The translations under genes were made by a program, and so were the position numbers. From positions 1-32,847 of the IMG/VR virus record IMGVR_UViG_3300027769_000090: a stretch of 32,847 nucleotides of DNA; one strand, written 5' to 3'. Origin of the DNA: a virus (taxonomy: Duplodnaviria; Caudoviricetes). Below, piece by piece: positions 6,873 through 14,543 of the stretch. A model generated the notes under the pieces. That model was given only the letters and a program-made list of their open reading frames with translations. It ran no database searches and had not been told where the DNA came from. Each line of letters opens with the position of its first letter. Position 1 is the first letter of the stretch.

Positions 6873-7292
6873 TCAATACCACCTATTCTTTTGAAAATGT
6901 TTCCAGGCTCCACATGGAGTGGAATGCCGTCTTGATATGTAAGACAATGTAGCAACTAATTGGGCTACTGCACTATCTGACTTTTTCATGCCAAGACTAC
7001 TTACTGTTGAATCCAGCAGTTGGCCAAGGCCACTTGCGGTGGAGGTAGGGTTTTGAGCCTCTGGCCTCCAACTACTCTCCTTGCCAATCAACTTGGTTAA
7101 ACATATAAACTGCTTAGGATCAAGCAATTCCTTTGCTATTTCTTTTGCAGATACCTGCTCTAGTACTGGCCTTGGCTCGTAAACTATTGTAGGTTCTGGG
7201 TTTGCTGTGTCTGTCGTAATACTTGTTTGAATAAATACTGCTAGTAAAGAGACTATTAAAACTCTTTGCCAGATATGTTTATTACGCTTAAT
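6873..7292 (-). CDS. secreted or membrane-anchored lytic transglycosylase (SLT/Rpf-like lysozyme fold), probable ATT start
   Basis: CL..LI..ESSW...AQNP.S.A.GLGQLL...Q....L.YI..RH..PC.AW...WY motif; the frame stays open upstream of the track's TTG to AAGGAG-aaactt-ATT, adding a signal-peptide-like N-terminus. Confidence 0.8.
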   Translation of the reverse strand: MKRNKHIWQRVLIVSLLAVFIQTSITTDTANPEPTIVYEPRPVLEQVSAKEIAKELLDPKQFICLTKLIGKESSWRPEAQNPTSTASGLGQLLDSTVSSLGMKKSDSAVAQLVATLSYISRRHSTPCGAWKHFQKNRWY

Positions 7293-7349
7293 AAGTTTCT
7301 CCTTTGGTTGGTTAATACTTCTCCCCAGCCATTAGTCATACTTACCTCC

Positions 7350-7490
7350 TTATAGTTTATTACTTTCTATCATGTCACAAAGACGCTCAATAGTCCAAGA
7401 GTCTAGCCCTTCAACTTCTGAGATTCTTTCAAGGATTTCCTCACGAGCATATGCATACCCGTCAACAAAGCCCTCTTTATATTGTTCCAT
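7350..7490 (-). CDS. hypothetical 46-aa protein (not in ORF track)
   Basis: MEQYKEGFVDGYAYAREEILERISEVEGLDSWTIERLCDMIESNKL. Confidence 0.6.
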   Translation of the reverse strand: MEQYKEGFVDGYAYAREEILERISEVEGLDSWTIERLCDMIESNKL

Positions 7491-8085
7491 TGCTCAATTC
7501 TACACTATCCTTGCCTCTTTGTGGCTTTGTTAAGTTACACCAGCCATGAGATGGACGCACATTTTCTAATGTGTCTGGTCCTCCAAGGGCAATATCAATA
7601 AAATGTTCTATGTGAAGCCCTGTTTTCCATCCAGGCTTTCCAGTACTTCTTGGTGCATTTAGGTCAATTGGCATATCACAAAGATAACAGTTTGTTCCGT
7701 AAAGTTCTAAAACCTGAGCCTCTGCATAGGGCTGATGTTCATTTTGAAGTTTTCTGGCTCTTCTTATTCTACTTTTATTTCTAGAATTTGACTTTGCTTT
7801 TTCTGGGTTAGCATATCTCCATGCTTTGTTATCTTCTCTTAGTTTTTCTCTACCTTGAAGATCTCTCCAGCGTTTATTCATCTTTGAGACTTTATCTTTA
7901 TTAGATGTTGCCCATCTTTTTGATTTTTCTCTATTTTTGTCTGGATTATTTTTTGCCCAATCAGATCTTGTTTTATTATTACATTCTCTGCATGAAGAAA
8001 AAAACCCAGAAGGTCTATCTTTTCTTATTTGAAAATATTCAGATGTTTTAGGAAACTCCCGTTTACACTTAGTACATGTTTTCAT
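7477..8085 (-). CDS. HNH endonuclease with N-terminal zinc finger
   Basis: CTKC...CREC, then CYLCD...IEHFIDIALGG.D...NVRPSHGWCN; paralog of 3229..3735. Confidence 0.9.
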   Translation of the reverse strand: MKTCTKCKREFPKTSEYFQIRKDRPSGFFSSCRECNNKTRSDWAKNNPDKNREKSKRWATSNKDKVSKMNKRWRDLQGREKLREDNKAWRYANPEKAKSNSRNKSRIRRARKLQNEHQPYAEAQVLELYGTNCYLCDMPIDLNAPRSTGKPGWKTGLHIEHFIDIALGGPDTLENVRPSHGWCNLTKPQRGKDSVELSNGTI

Positions 8086-8091
8086 ACTATA

Positions 8092-8120
8092 AGTCTATCA
8101 CAGGATGCCCATTTTAGCCA
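8092..8120 (-). promoter_or_regulatory. extended -10 promoter (TGaTAGACT) with leaderless geometry
   Basis: TAGACT-tatagt-ATG(8085); weak -35 (TGGCTA) at 17 nt; no SD. Confidence 0.55.
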
Positions 8121-8167
8121 CCTAGCAGGCCCATAGAGCCACTTTTAGGCCTAAGATGTACCTGGAT

Positions 8168-8207
8168 AAGGAAAAAGACCTCAGAACTTAATCTGAGGCC
8201 CTTCCTT
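8168..8207 (-). terminator. intrinsic terminator ending the structural/lysis operon
   Basis: Minus strand GGCCTCAGA-ttaagt-TCTGAGGTC-TTTTT, downstream of the holin. Confidence 0.75.
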
Positions 8208-8281
8208 GTAGATAATTAACAGACATATATTTTATAGAGATGGTTCTGTATTTGATCTACATAGCCTTAGTATACTCTTAT

Positions 8282-8497
8282 TTATTTAGTTATGCCAAAT
8301 TCTTTTTCATTTGGTTGTAATGCTTTTAGTAGTGGTGCTGCAATACCTGCCAAAAATGCGTTTGCCAATACTTTTGGATCTGTTATGCCAGAAATGTAGA
8401 GGGCTAGAACTGCTGCTGCAGATGCTCTGAGCCATGATTGTGCTACGGCTAATGCTTGATCCTTTGTTGACTTTGGTGCTGGTTTCTTTGGTGCCAT
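8282..8497 (-). CDS. putative holin
   Basis: 71 aa, two hydrophobic helices, SW.R...AA.LA.Y..G.TD......AF.A....P....L.P....FG pattern, located at the end of the late operon. Confidence 0.7.
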   Translation of the reverse strand: MAPKKPAPKSTKDQALAVAQSWLRASAAAVLALYISGITDPKVLANAFLAGIAAPLLKALQPNEKEFGITK

Positions 8498-8499
8498 GA

Positions 8500-8730
8500 T
8501 TACTCCTTTGGTGTTACTTTTCTTTTAGGTCTTTCATTCTGAGTCATCAAAATAAGCATGATTTGTTCAACCTGCTTCTCTAGACGATTTACAGAATCCT
8601 TCAGGCTAGATCCGCTATTTTCTTTAAGTTCAACTAAATAATGCTTTACCATCCAACGAACTGCTGTAGCGAGTCCTCCAACTAAAGTAAAGATTGCTAC
8701 AAAAAATGCAGCCCAGTCTTGTGGTGTCAC
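8500..8730 (-). CDS. single-pass membrane protein of the lysis region
   Basis: GTG start (MTPQDW) with AGGAG RBS and GTGA overlap; TM helix then NSGSSLKDSVNRLE, a motif I recall from actinophage lysis-cassette proteins. Confidence 0.7.
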   Translation of the reverse strand: MTPQDWAAFFVAIFTLVGGLATAVRWMVKHYLVELKENSGSSLKDSVNRLEKQVEQIMLILMTQNERPKRKVTPKE

Positions 8731-9680
8731 TTGATTTCTCCTTGTATCCATTTGTATGTTTCAGATAAGCCGTATTCCAAATTCTCATCTGGTGCATAGC
8801 CTAAAACATTTTTAATTAGTGCATTATGTGAGGTTCTTGCATGTACTCCAAGAGGCCCTGGAATATGTTTCTTAGTTAGTGTCTTGCCTGCTATGCTGCA
8901 AACAATATCAACCAACTCATTTATAGACACATTCCTCTCAGAACCAATATTGATTGGCTCAAAGTATTTATCTTGTCTATAAAAGTCTATTGTGGCTTTG
9001 ATGGCTTCATCTATGTATAAGAATGAACGATGTTGTTCTCCGTTACCCCAGATTTCTATCTCATCAGTTGCCTTTGCTACCTTGCGACAAATGGCTGCAG
9101 GAGCCTTCTCCTTGCCTCCGTCCCAAGTTCCATAAGGACCGTATACATTGTGATATCTAACTACTTTGTTCTTCATCTTGTAGTTCTTGTTGTATGCAAG
9201 ATAAAGTCTTTCGCTAAACAATTTTTCCCAACCATACTCTGTGTCAGGTGCAGCAGGGTAGACAGAATCTTCACGAGTGTTAATGTTGTCTGGATCCATC
9301 TGGTTATATTCTGGATATACACAGGCTGTGGATGAGAACAAAATAGACTTAATTCCAACTATCTCTGCTCTCTTCAAAACATTTACATTGATCAGAATTG
9401 AGTTACCCATAACATCAGCGTCATTATCACCAGTATTGATGTATCCTGCTCCACCCATATCTGCTGCCAATTGATAGACTTCATCAAACTTCTTATCCAT
9501 CACGCTTTCAACAACATGTGGATCTCTTAAATCACCAATCACAAAATGATCAGCAAACGAAATAGAGAATTCTGGGTACTTTAAATCTACTCCACGAACC
9601 CAATAACCTTCTTGAACTAACTTCTTAACTAGATGGCTACCAATAAAGCCACCTGCTCCTAGGACTAATGCTGTTTTCAT
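8727..9680 (-). CDS. NAD-dependent epimerase, GDP-mannose 3,5-epimerase (GME)-like
   Basis: GAGGFIG, LAADMGG.G.I, STACVYPE, YGWEK (YxxxK), HNVYGP.GTW.GG.EKAPAA.CRK; start re-set to MKTALV (ATGA overlap). Confidence 0.88.
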   Translation of the reverse strand: MKTALVLGAGGFIGSHLVKKLVQEGYWVRGVDLKYPEFSISFADHFVIGDLRDPHVVESVMDKKFDEVYQLAADMGGAGYINTGDNDADVMGNSILINVNVLKRAEIVGIKSILFSSTACVYPEYNQMDPDNINTREDSVYPAAPDTEYGWEKLFSERLYLAYNKNYKMKNKVVRYHNVYGPYGTWDGGKEKAPAAICRKVAKATDEIEIWGNGEQHRSFLYIDEAIKATIDFYRQDKYFEPINIGSERNVSINELVDIVCSIAGKTLTKKHIPGPLGVHARTSHNALIKNVLGYAPDENLEYGLSETYKWIQGEIK

Positions 9681-10708
9681 ATCTTTGATTCTTTCCATTC
9701 TCTCCACCACATTTTCCTGGTGTTATCTAATGGGTAGCCATTCCAAGAATATGGAGTTCCCTGTGGTTTTGGTGGGTTATCAAAGAAATCCCATGTCTCA
9801 ATATCCTTTTGATTTCTATTTCTATGGATATAGGCACTATAGGTACTTCCTGATGTACCCACAAAATTTACAGAGTCATGAAGAACAAGGTTACAGATTA
9901 GTCCAAAGACAACTTCATCCTGAAATGGCAGGGCTTTAAAATCATCTGCAAAGTTATTAATAATATATTCATCAAGCAGTATAAACCTGTGCCTATTGTC
10001 CTGAACCATCTTGTGTCCTGGTTCACATGTTGAGACAACTATTGGTAGGTTGTTTTGCTCAAAGTTGTTTAGCCACCCTTCAAACATCTCTTGGGTAGTA
10101 TTAAACGCATGAACATGATCAGACAGCCTTAGATGCATACCCTGAAAGTTTCCAAGAGAGGCAGATATCTTGCTTGCTAAATCTACATATTCTTTCTTAA
10201 ACTTAACTGAAGATATTGCCTCATCTAATGCTTGGCTTCTATTATAGAAGAACCTGGAATACCAGCCCAATGTTCTTTTTATATGTAGAGTTTTATCTAA
10301 TGGTAGTCTTTGTCGTCCTTCAGCAAACATAATCTCATTATCTGAGACAGTCTCACTATTGCTATAGTAAAACTCATTTATCATGTCATCAATTACAAAC
10401 TCTTCTTGAGGAAAACTGTCTATTTTCTCATTAATGAAAATTAAGTTTTGATTAAAATCAAGTAAGTCTAACAGATGAGGAGACTGGTCTGATTTTATGA
10501 ACCATTCTCTTTGCTGATTATAAAGTGTGCTTGGAGTAAAGATAGCATTACTATTAGTATCAAACAAGTTAGTATCAGCCATATATTTTCCATAATGAAT
10601 TATTGCTGGAACATTTAACTCATTAGATAGTCCTACTGCTAACTCTAGGCTCATTACCTGGTTAATTAGTCCTGTAGGATTATATAACTGAAAGAACAAC
10701 TTGTTCAT
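9677..10708 (-). CDS. O-fucosyltransferase-like glycosyltransferase (O-FucT/POFUT-type GT-B)
   Basis: GLINQ near the N-terminus, GMHLR..D and FVGT.GSTYS are the conserved GDP-fucose-binding motifs. Confidence 0.8.
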   Translation of the reverse strand: MNKLFFQLYNPTGLINQVMSLELAVGLSNELNVPAIIHYGKYMADTNLFDTNSNAIFTPSTLYNQQREWFIKSDQSPHLLDLLDFNQNLIFINEKIDSFPQEEFVIDDMINEFYYSNSETVSDNEIMFAEGRQRLPLDKTLHIKRTLGWYSRFFYNRSQALDEAISSVKFKKEYVDLASKISASLGNFQGMHLRLSDHVHAFNTTQEMFEGWLNNFEQNNLPIVVSTCEPGHKMVQDNRHRFILLDEYIINNFADDFKALPFQDEVVFGLICNLVLHDSVNFVGTSGSTYSAYIHRNRNQKDIETWDFFDNPPKPQGTPYSWNGYPLDNTRKMWWREWKESKI

Positions 10709-11502
10709 TACATAGAGTCTTTTTCGTTACCGTCTGCTCTTCCCAATTCTGGGTCTGGATTGAAGGCTGCAAAAGTTCCATTAGTTCTAGGCTTTTTAAC
10801 TTCACCTTGAATTGGATCAAGTTTGTAGCGATTGCCCCAATATCCATTAGGATAAAAATATGGGCTTTCTGGATTATCAGTCTTTGTTGGCAATGGATTC
10901 TCGTTCCAGTTATCTTTAATTGTAACTAGTGATGCTCCACAAAAACGCTCTCCTGAAGTTACTTTTTTAACTCCATGACGAGTATTTCCTTCATGCATAG
11001 CCATAGATCCTGCTTTTGGCTTATACCAATAATCATAATCTGGGTAGTAGATCTCTCCACCTTCGTAATCATCATTAATGTAAAATACGCTGCCCCACAT
11101 GATTGGACTTTCCATGTGTCCTTGATTATCTATATGGATAAACATCTCTAGTTCAGTTCCTCCATTAAAGAATGCATCGCTTGCTCCGTCATACATCTTA
11201 ATTAGATTGTGATCAGAAGGAATCCATTCTGCTTGATGGTCGTGCTCATTAAGAACATCGCTAATTCTTTGCTTAATAGTGTTTAGAGTAGGCATTATAG
11301 GGTCCATAATATTTTCATACCCTGGATTTAAACTCATCTGATAGCCATTAATTAAACGCTTACCCCAGTACTTAAACTCGTGTTCTTTTAATCCGTCATA
11401 CTTAAAGTTCCTCATAAATGAGTCTAATAGACTAACTTCTTCTGGTGTTAAGAAGTCTTCAAATATCATAACTTTTCCATCACAGTGCTTTTCTAATTTC
11501 AT
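10708..11502 (-). CDS. 2OG-Fe(II) oxygenase, prolyl 4-hydroxylase-like, with Pro-rich C-terminal extension
   Basis: HID, YINDDYEGGE, HGVKKVTSGER. Confidence 0.88.
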   Translation of the reverse strand: MKLEKHCDGKVMIFEDFLTPEEVSLLDSFMRNFKYDGLKEHEFKYWGKRLINGYQMSLNPGYENIMDPIMPTLNTIKQRISDVLNEHDHQAEWIPSDHNLIKMYDGASDAFFNGGTELEMFIHIDNQGHMESPIMWGSVFYINDDYEGGEIYYPDYDYWYKPKAGSMAMHEGNTRHGVKKVTSGERFCGASLVTIKDNWNENPLPTKTDNPESPYFYPNGYWGNRYKLDPIQGEVKKPRTNGTFAAFNPDPELGRADGNEKDSM

Positions 11503-12065
11503 CCTAAGTTCCTCTCAATAGCCTTCTGTTGTCTAATCTCGTCGTGCTTTTCTTTAGGTTCAGTTATAAACCAATGGTCTGGTTCCACATAGTGAAAGAA
11601 GACTACTCCTATTTTACCAGTATTGTTATAAAGTGTCTCTCTCCAGTGCTCATACTCTTCTCCCATAAATAGAATTGCTTCGTTTGGGTTTGCGATGTAT
11701 GGCTTTCCTTCTATGTAAAGTGCCCATGGATCTCCTTGATAGAGAACCAAATCAAGTGTATATGTGCAAGCGTTCACATCTTTATGTTTAGGAAGATTAA
11801 TAATCTCATCACAATACTCTGCAAATAGAGAATATGATGTTACACAGGTTTTTGTTCCAAAGTACTCTCTTACTATTGGTAATAATATTTCACTAAACTC
11901 TTGTAGTATTGGCTCTACCTGGTCTCCCAGCAATTTTCTGCCAAAGTCCTCTGTTTTCATAGAGTCTAATTTAGGATTGTTTTTAAAATGCATACGAAGT
12001 CTATCAAAGTCATAAGGACTTAAGACATTCTTAATTAATCCAACTTCTCTATTTATCGTATCCAT
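11499..12065 (-). CDS. 2OG-Fe(II) oxygenase (phage type)
   Basis: HKD...C.YT, A.LF.GEE.EHWRE, VFFHYV. Confidence 0.8.
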   Translation of the reverse strand: MDTINREVGLIKNVLSPYDFDRLRMHFKNNPKLDSMKTEDFGRKLLGDQVEPILQEFSEILLPIVREYFGTKTCVTSYSLFAEYCDEIINLPKHKDVNACTYTLDLVLYQGDPWALYIEGKPYIANPNEAILFMGEEYEHWRETLYNNTGKIGVVFFHYVEPDHWFITEPKEKHDEIRQQKAIERNLG

Positions 12066-12622
12066 TGAACCACCACATATCTTAGGCCATCTGTTACTGG
12101 GTATACCTGATGGTGATACATAAAGTTTGAAGGGAAAATCAGAAGATCACCCTTTTTAGCCTTAAATCTAAGTCCATGTCTCTTGAACTCTACATCGCCA
12201 CCCTCATACTCATCATTTAAGTAATAAGTCATTGATACTCTTCTGGTTAATTTTGGATGATCATCTACATGATAGTTAAATTTTTGTTCTTTTCCATACC
12301 GCAAAAGATGAGGAGGCTCAAAATCTTCTATTACTGCTCCATACTCACGAATGTATTGATCCAAACATGGCTTTATGCTTTCATAAAAGGCTTTTGAAAA
12401 GTTAGCAAGAGCAGTATCGTCTTGTGTATCGTGCTTAGGAAGACCAATTATGTCTGTATCTCTGTGACTATTATCTGTGCCAATTTTATTTCCTGCAGCA
12501 TCTGTAAGCAATACTCCTGCTGGTTCCCAATGTGAATTTGATTCTTCTATCTTCTTAAGATATTCCATTGAGTCAGGAAATATATTTTCAAATATTACTA
12601 TACCTGGTGCTAGTTCTTTCAT
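12053..12622 (-). CDS. 2OG-Fe(II) oxygenase, prolyl 4-hydroxylase-like
   Basis: HVD, YLNDEYEGG, IFPSNFMY.H.V.PVTDGLRY. Confidence 0.9.
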   Translation of the reverse strand: MKELAPGIVIFENIFPDSMEYLKKIEESNSHWEPAGVLLTDAAGNKIGTDNSHRDTDIIGLPKHDTQDDTALANFSKAFYESIKPCLDQYIREYGAVIEDFEPPHLLRYGKEQKFNYHVDDHPKLTRRVSMTYYLNDEYEGGDVEFKRHGLRFKAKKGDLLIFPSNFMYHHQVYPVTDGLRYVVVQWIR

Positions 12623-12623
12623 A

Positions 12624-12851
12624 TTACCACTTCCCTATTGGACAGACTGCTGATTGTAGTTTTGTTTTTAAGGCCATAAAACAGCCACACTTTTTACAGT
12701 TTCCTGTTAACTCTATTAACTGTGGGCATGACTTGCATATCTCAAATCTTTCCCTGCCCAAATTTTCATCTTCTACATGCTTGCTTGAATCAATCAGATC
12801 CCAAGGCCTAGTATCTCCTAAAGACTCTTTCCATTCACTCCATTTTGACAT
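12624..12851 (-). CDS. Cys-rich small protein (DUF6171-like)
   Basis: R..IC..C......C..CGCF...K......CP..KW. Confidence 0.7.
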   Translation of the reverse strand: MSKWSEWKESLGDTRPWDLIDSSKHVEDENLGRERFEICKSCPQLIELTGNCKKCGCFMALKTKLQSAVCPIGKW

Positions 12852-12887
12852 TTTGTCCCCTTTTGTTGTTCTATTTTACACTAAAAT

Positions 12888-13076
12888 TTAAGATTGTGGT
12901 GGATGAAACTCAGATCCATCCCATGTCCAATTCTTGTCTACTTCAGATTCTATTGGTAATTCAACAAAAACTGGATTATTTAAACAGGCATTGGTAATAT
13001 CCTGAAACTTAGTTCTGCTTGGAACATTTAGTACAGCAACAACATCTTCTTCTACAACTAAAATAAATTTTTTCAT
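12888..13076 (-). CDS. small hypothetical protein (fibre-associated type)
   Basis: 62 aa ending WTWDGSEF..P; similar layout to 13077..13274. Confidence 0.65.
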   Translation of the reverse strand: MKKFILVVEEDVVAVLNVPSRTKFQDITNACLNNPVFVELPIESEVDKNWTWDGSEFHPPQS

Positions 13077-13274
13077 TTATATTGTTTCCGTTTCTACGCC
13101 ATTGATATATTTCCAGCCCATTTCTACCTTTGAGGATGCTGAAACTTCAAAACATTCTGGGCTTGAAAGCATTCCAGCAATAGTTCCTTGTCTTACAGCG
13201 TCGTCATCTTTAAGAGCAATGATTGCAACAACAACATTGTTATTGTCTATCATAGCGACTTTTCTATTAGCCAT
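13077..13274 (-). CDS. small hypothetical protein (fibre-associated type)
   Basis: 65 aa, A.ID.NNVV......V..GW.Y..G; AAGGAG RBS. Confidence 0.65.
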   Translation of the reverse strand: MANRKVAMIDNNNVVVAIIALKDDDAVRQGTIAGMLSSPECFEVSASSKVEMGWKYINGVETETI

Positions 13275-13316
13275 TAATTTCTCCTTATGTCTAGTATACC
13301 ATTTGTGCTTCTTATA

Positions 13317-13781
13317 TTAACAGCCAACACAATCACCACCAATATAGAAGCAACACACTTGTCCTGGATCGTTGCCACAGTATGCAGTAGAACAATCAAT
13401 TGGTGTAGCGATGATTGCAATAATAGGTGTAGCGATGATAGGTGTAGCGATGATAGGTGTAGCGATAATTGGTGTAGCGATGATAGGGGTTGCAATTATA
13501 GGCGTTGCAATAATAGCAATAATAGGTGTTGCGATAATAGGTGTTGCGATAATAGGTGTTGCAATGATCGCAATAATAGGCGTAGCAATGATAGGAGTCG
13601 CAATAATTGGAGTAGCAATGATAGCGATAATAGGAGTCGCAATGATTGGTGTCGCAATGATTGGTGTCGCAATGATTGGTGTCGCAATGATTGGTGTAGC
13701 AATGATTGGAGGAGGTGGTGGTGGTGCAATGTACTGTAACGGTACACCTATTCCACTTGGACTACGAAATAATGGACTCAC
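13317..13781 (-). CDS. Pro/Thr-rich repeat protein: P6-(IIATP)18 with a 6-Cys C-terminal domain
   Basis: GTG start with GAGGAG RBS; DNA variation among repeat units is synonymous in this frame. Confidence 0.8.
   Translation of the reverse strand: MSPLFRSPSGIGVPLQYIAPPPPPPIIATPIIATPIIATPIIATPIIATPIIAIIATPIIATPIIATPIIAIIATPIIATPIIATPIIAIIATPIIATPIIATPIIATPIIATPIIATPIIAIIATPIDCSTAYCGNDPGQVCCFYIGGDCVGC
13398..13709. repeat. coding tandem repeat, 15-bp unit (18 copies) with four 9-bp partial units
   Basis: GCAATGATTGGTGTC-like units encoding IIATP/IIA. Confidence 0.9.
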
Positions 13782-13802
13782 TTTTCTCCTCTTTCCTAAT
13801 AA

Positions 13803-14531
13803 TTAAGCAAACTTGTTTTGTGACGCTAGAACTGTAAATCCAGATGCAGTCTTTATAATTGTATAAACATATGCATCTATTCCGTTAACAGTTCCTGTAG
13901 CAGGTGCTGATCCACCTAACCACTTAGGGGTTACTACTGATCCATCAATTTGAAATCCTGATGCTGCTGGGATATATGCTGTAGCAGTATTTGTATTAAG
14001 ATATACAACAGAGATTTGTTCTCCAACTGCCATTGTTGAGTTAAGAGTTGTTGAGCCATTTCCACGAACATTTATTGTCCAGTTTCCTGTGGCAGCACCA
14101 GTATAATATTCAACAGATGCTGTTAAGGTATCAATATTAATAACGGTTGCTGATGATCCAGCAGCAACAATCTCAACTGTTTCTTTTGGTGATGTTAGAG
14201 TTGCATTGGTTGATAGAGATATTGTTGGTATTGGGCCTGAACCGTTTGTAACAGTAATTCCAGGACCAGCGTTTATAGCAGTTAGGTCTCCACCAGCATT
14301 TGAGATTGTTACCCATGTGCTTCCATTATAGAAAGTTAGGGAATCTGAGTCAGCAAGATAAGCAAACATGCCTTCTTGAACAGTGCCTACTGGTAGGGCT
14401 GTAGTTCTTGCTGCAGCATCAAGAAAGAACATGATTGTTTGGTTCTGCAGGTTGTATTGAACCTGTGCTGCAGTTAGTACCTGACCTGTATTGAAGGTAA
14501 GATATCCTGCGTTTGGACTACCTATTGGCAT
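13803..14531 (-). CDS. minor tail or fibre protein
   Basis: F.TGQVLTAA.V...L..Q....F..AAAR...EGM.AYL.D.D....YNGS.W N-terminus and Gly/Thr-rich beta C-terminus; follows the tail hub gene. Confidence 0.75.
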   Translation of the reverse strand: MPIGSPNAGYLTFNTGQVLTAAQVQYNLQNQTIMFFLDAAARTTALPVGTVQEGMFAYLADSDSLTFYNGSTWVTISNAGGDLTAINAGPGITVTNGSGPIPTISLSTNATLTSPKETVEIVAAGSSATVINIDTLTASVEYYTGAATGNWTINVRGNGSTTLNSTMAVGEQISVVYLNTNTATAYIPAASGFQIDGSVVTPKWLGGSAPATGTVNGIDAYVYTIIKTASGFTVLASQNKFA

Positions 14532-14543
14532 TCGTTTTCTCCT

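Noticed and set aside
13398-13709. Possible CRISPR array
   Set aside because: Contiguous 15-bp coding units with no unique spacers and no cas genes.
13372-13806. Plus-strand (IGVAM)n ORF and other alternative frames over the repeat
   Set aside because: Shadow frames: repeat variation changes amino acids there (M/I) but is synonymous in the minus-strand IIATP frame, which also has an RBS and matches operon direction.
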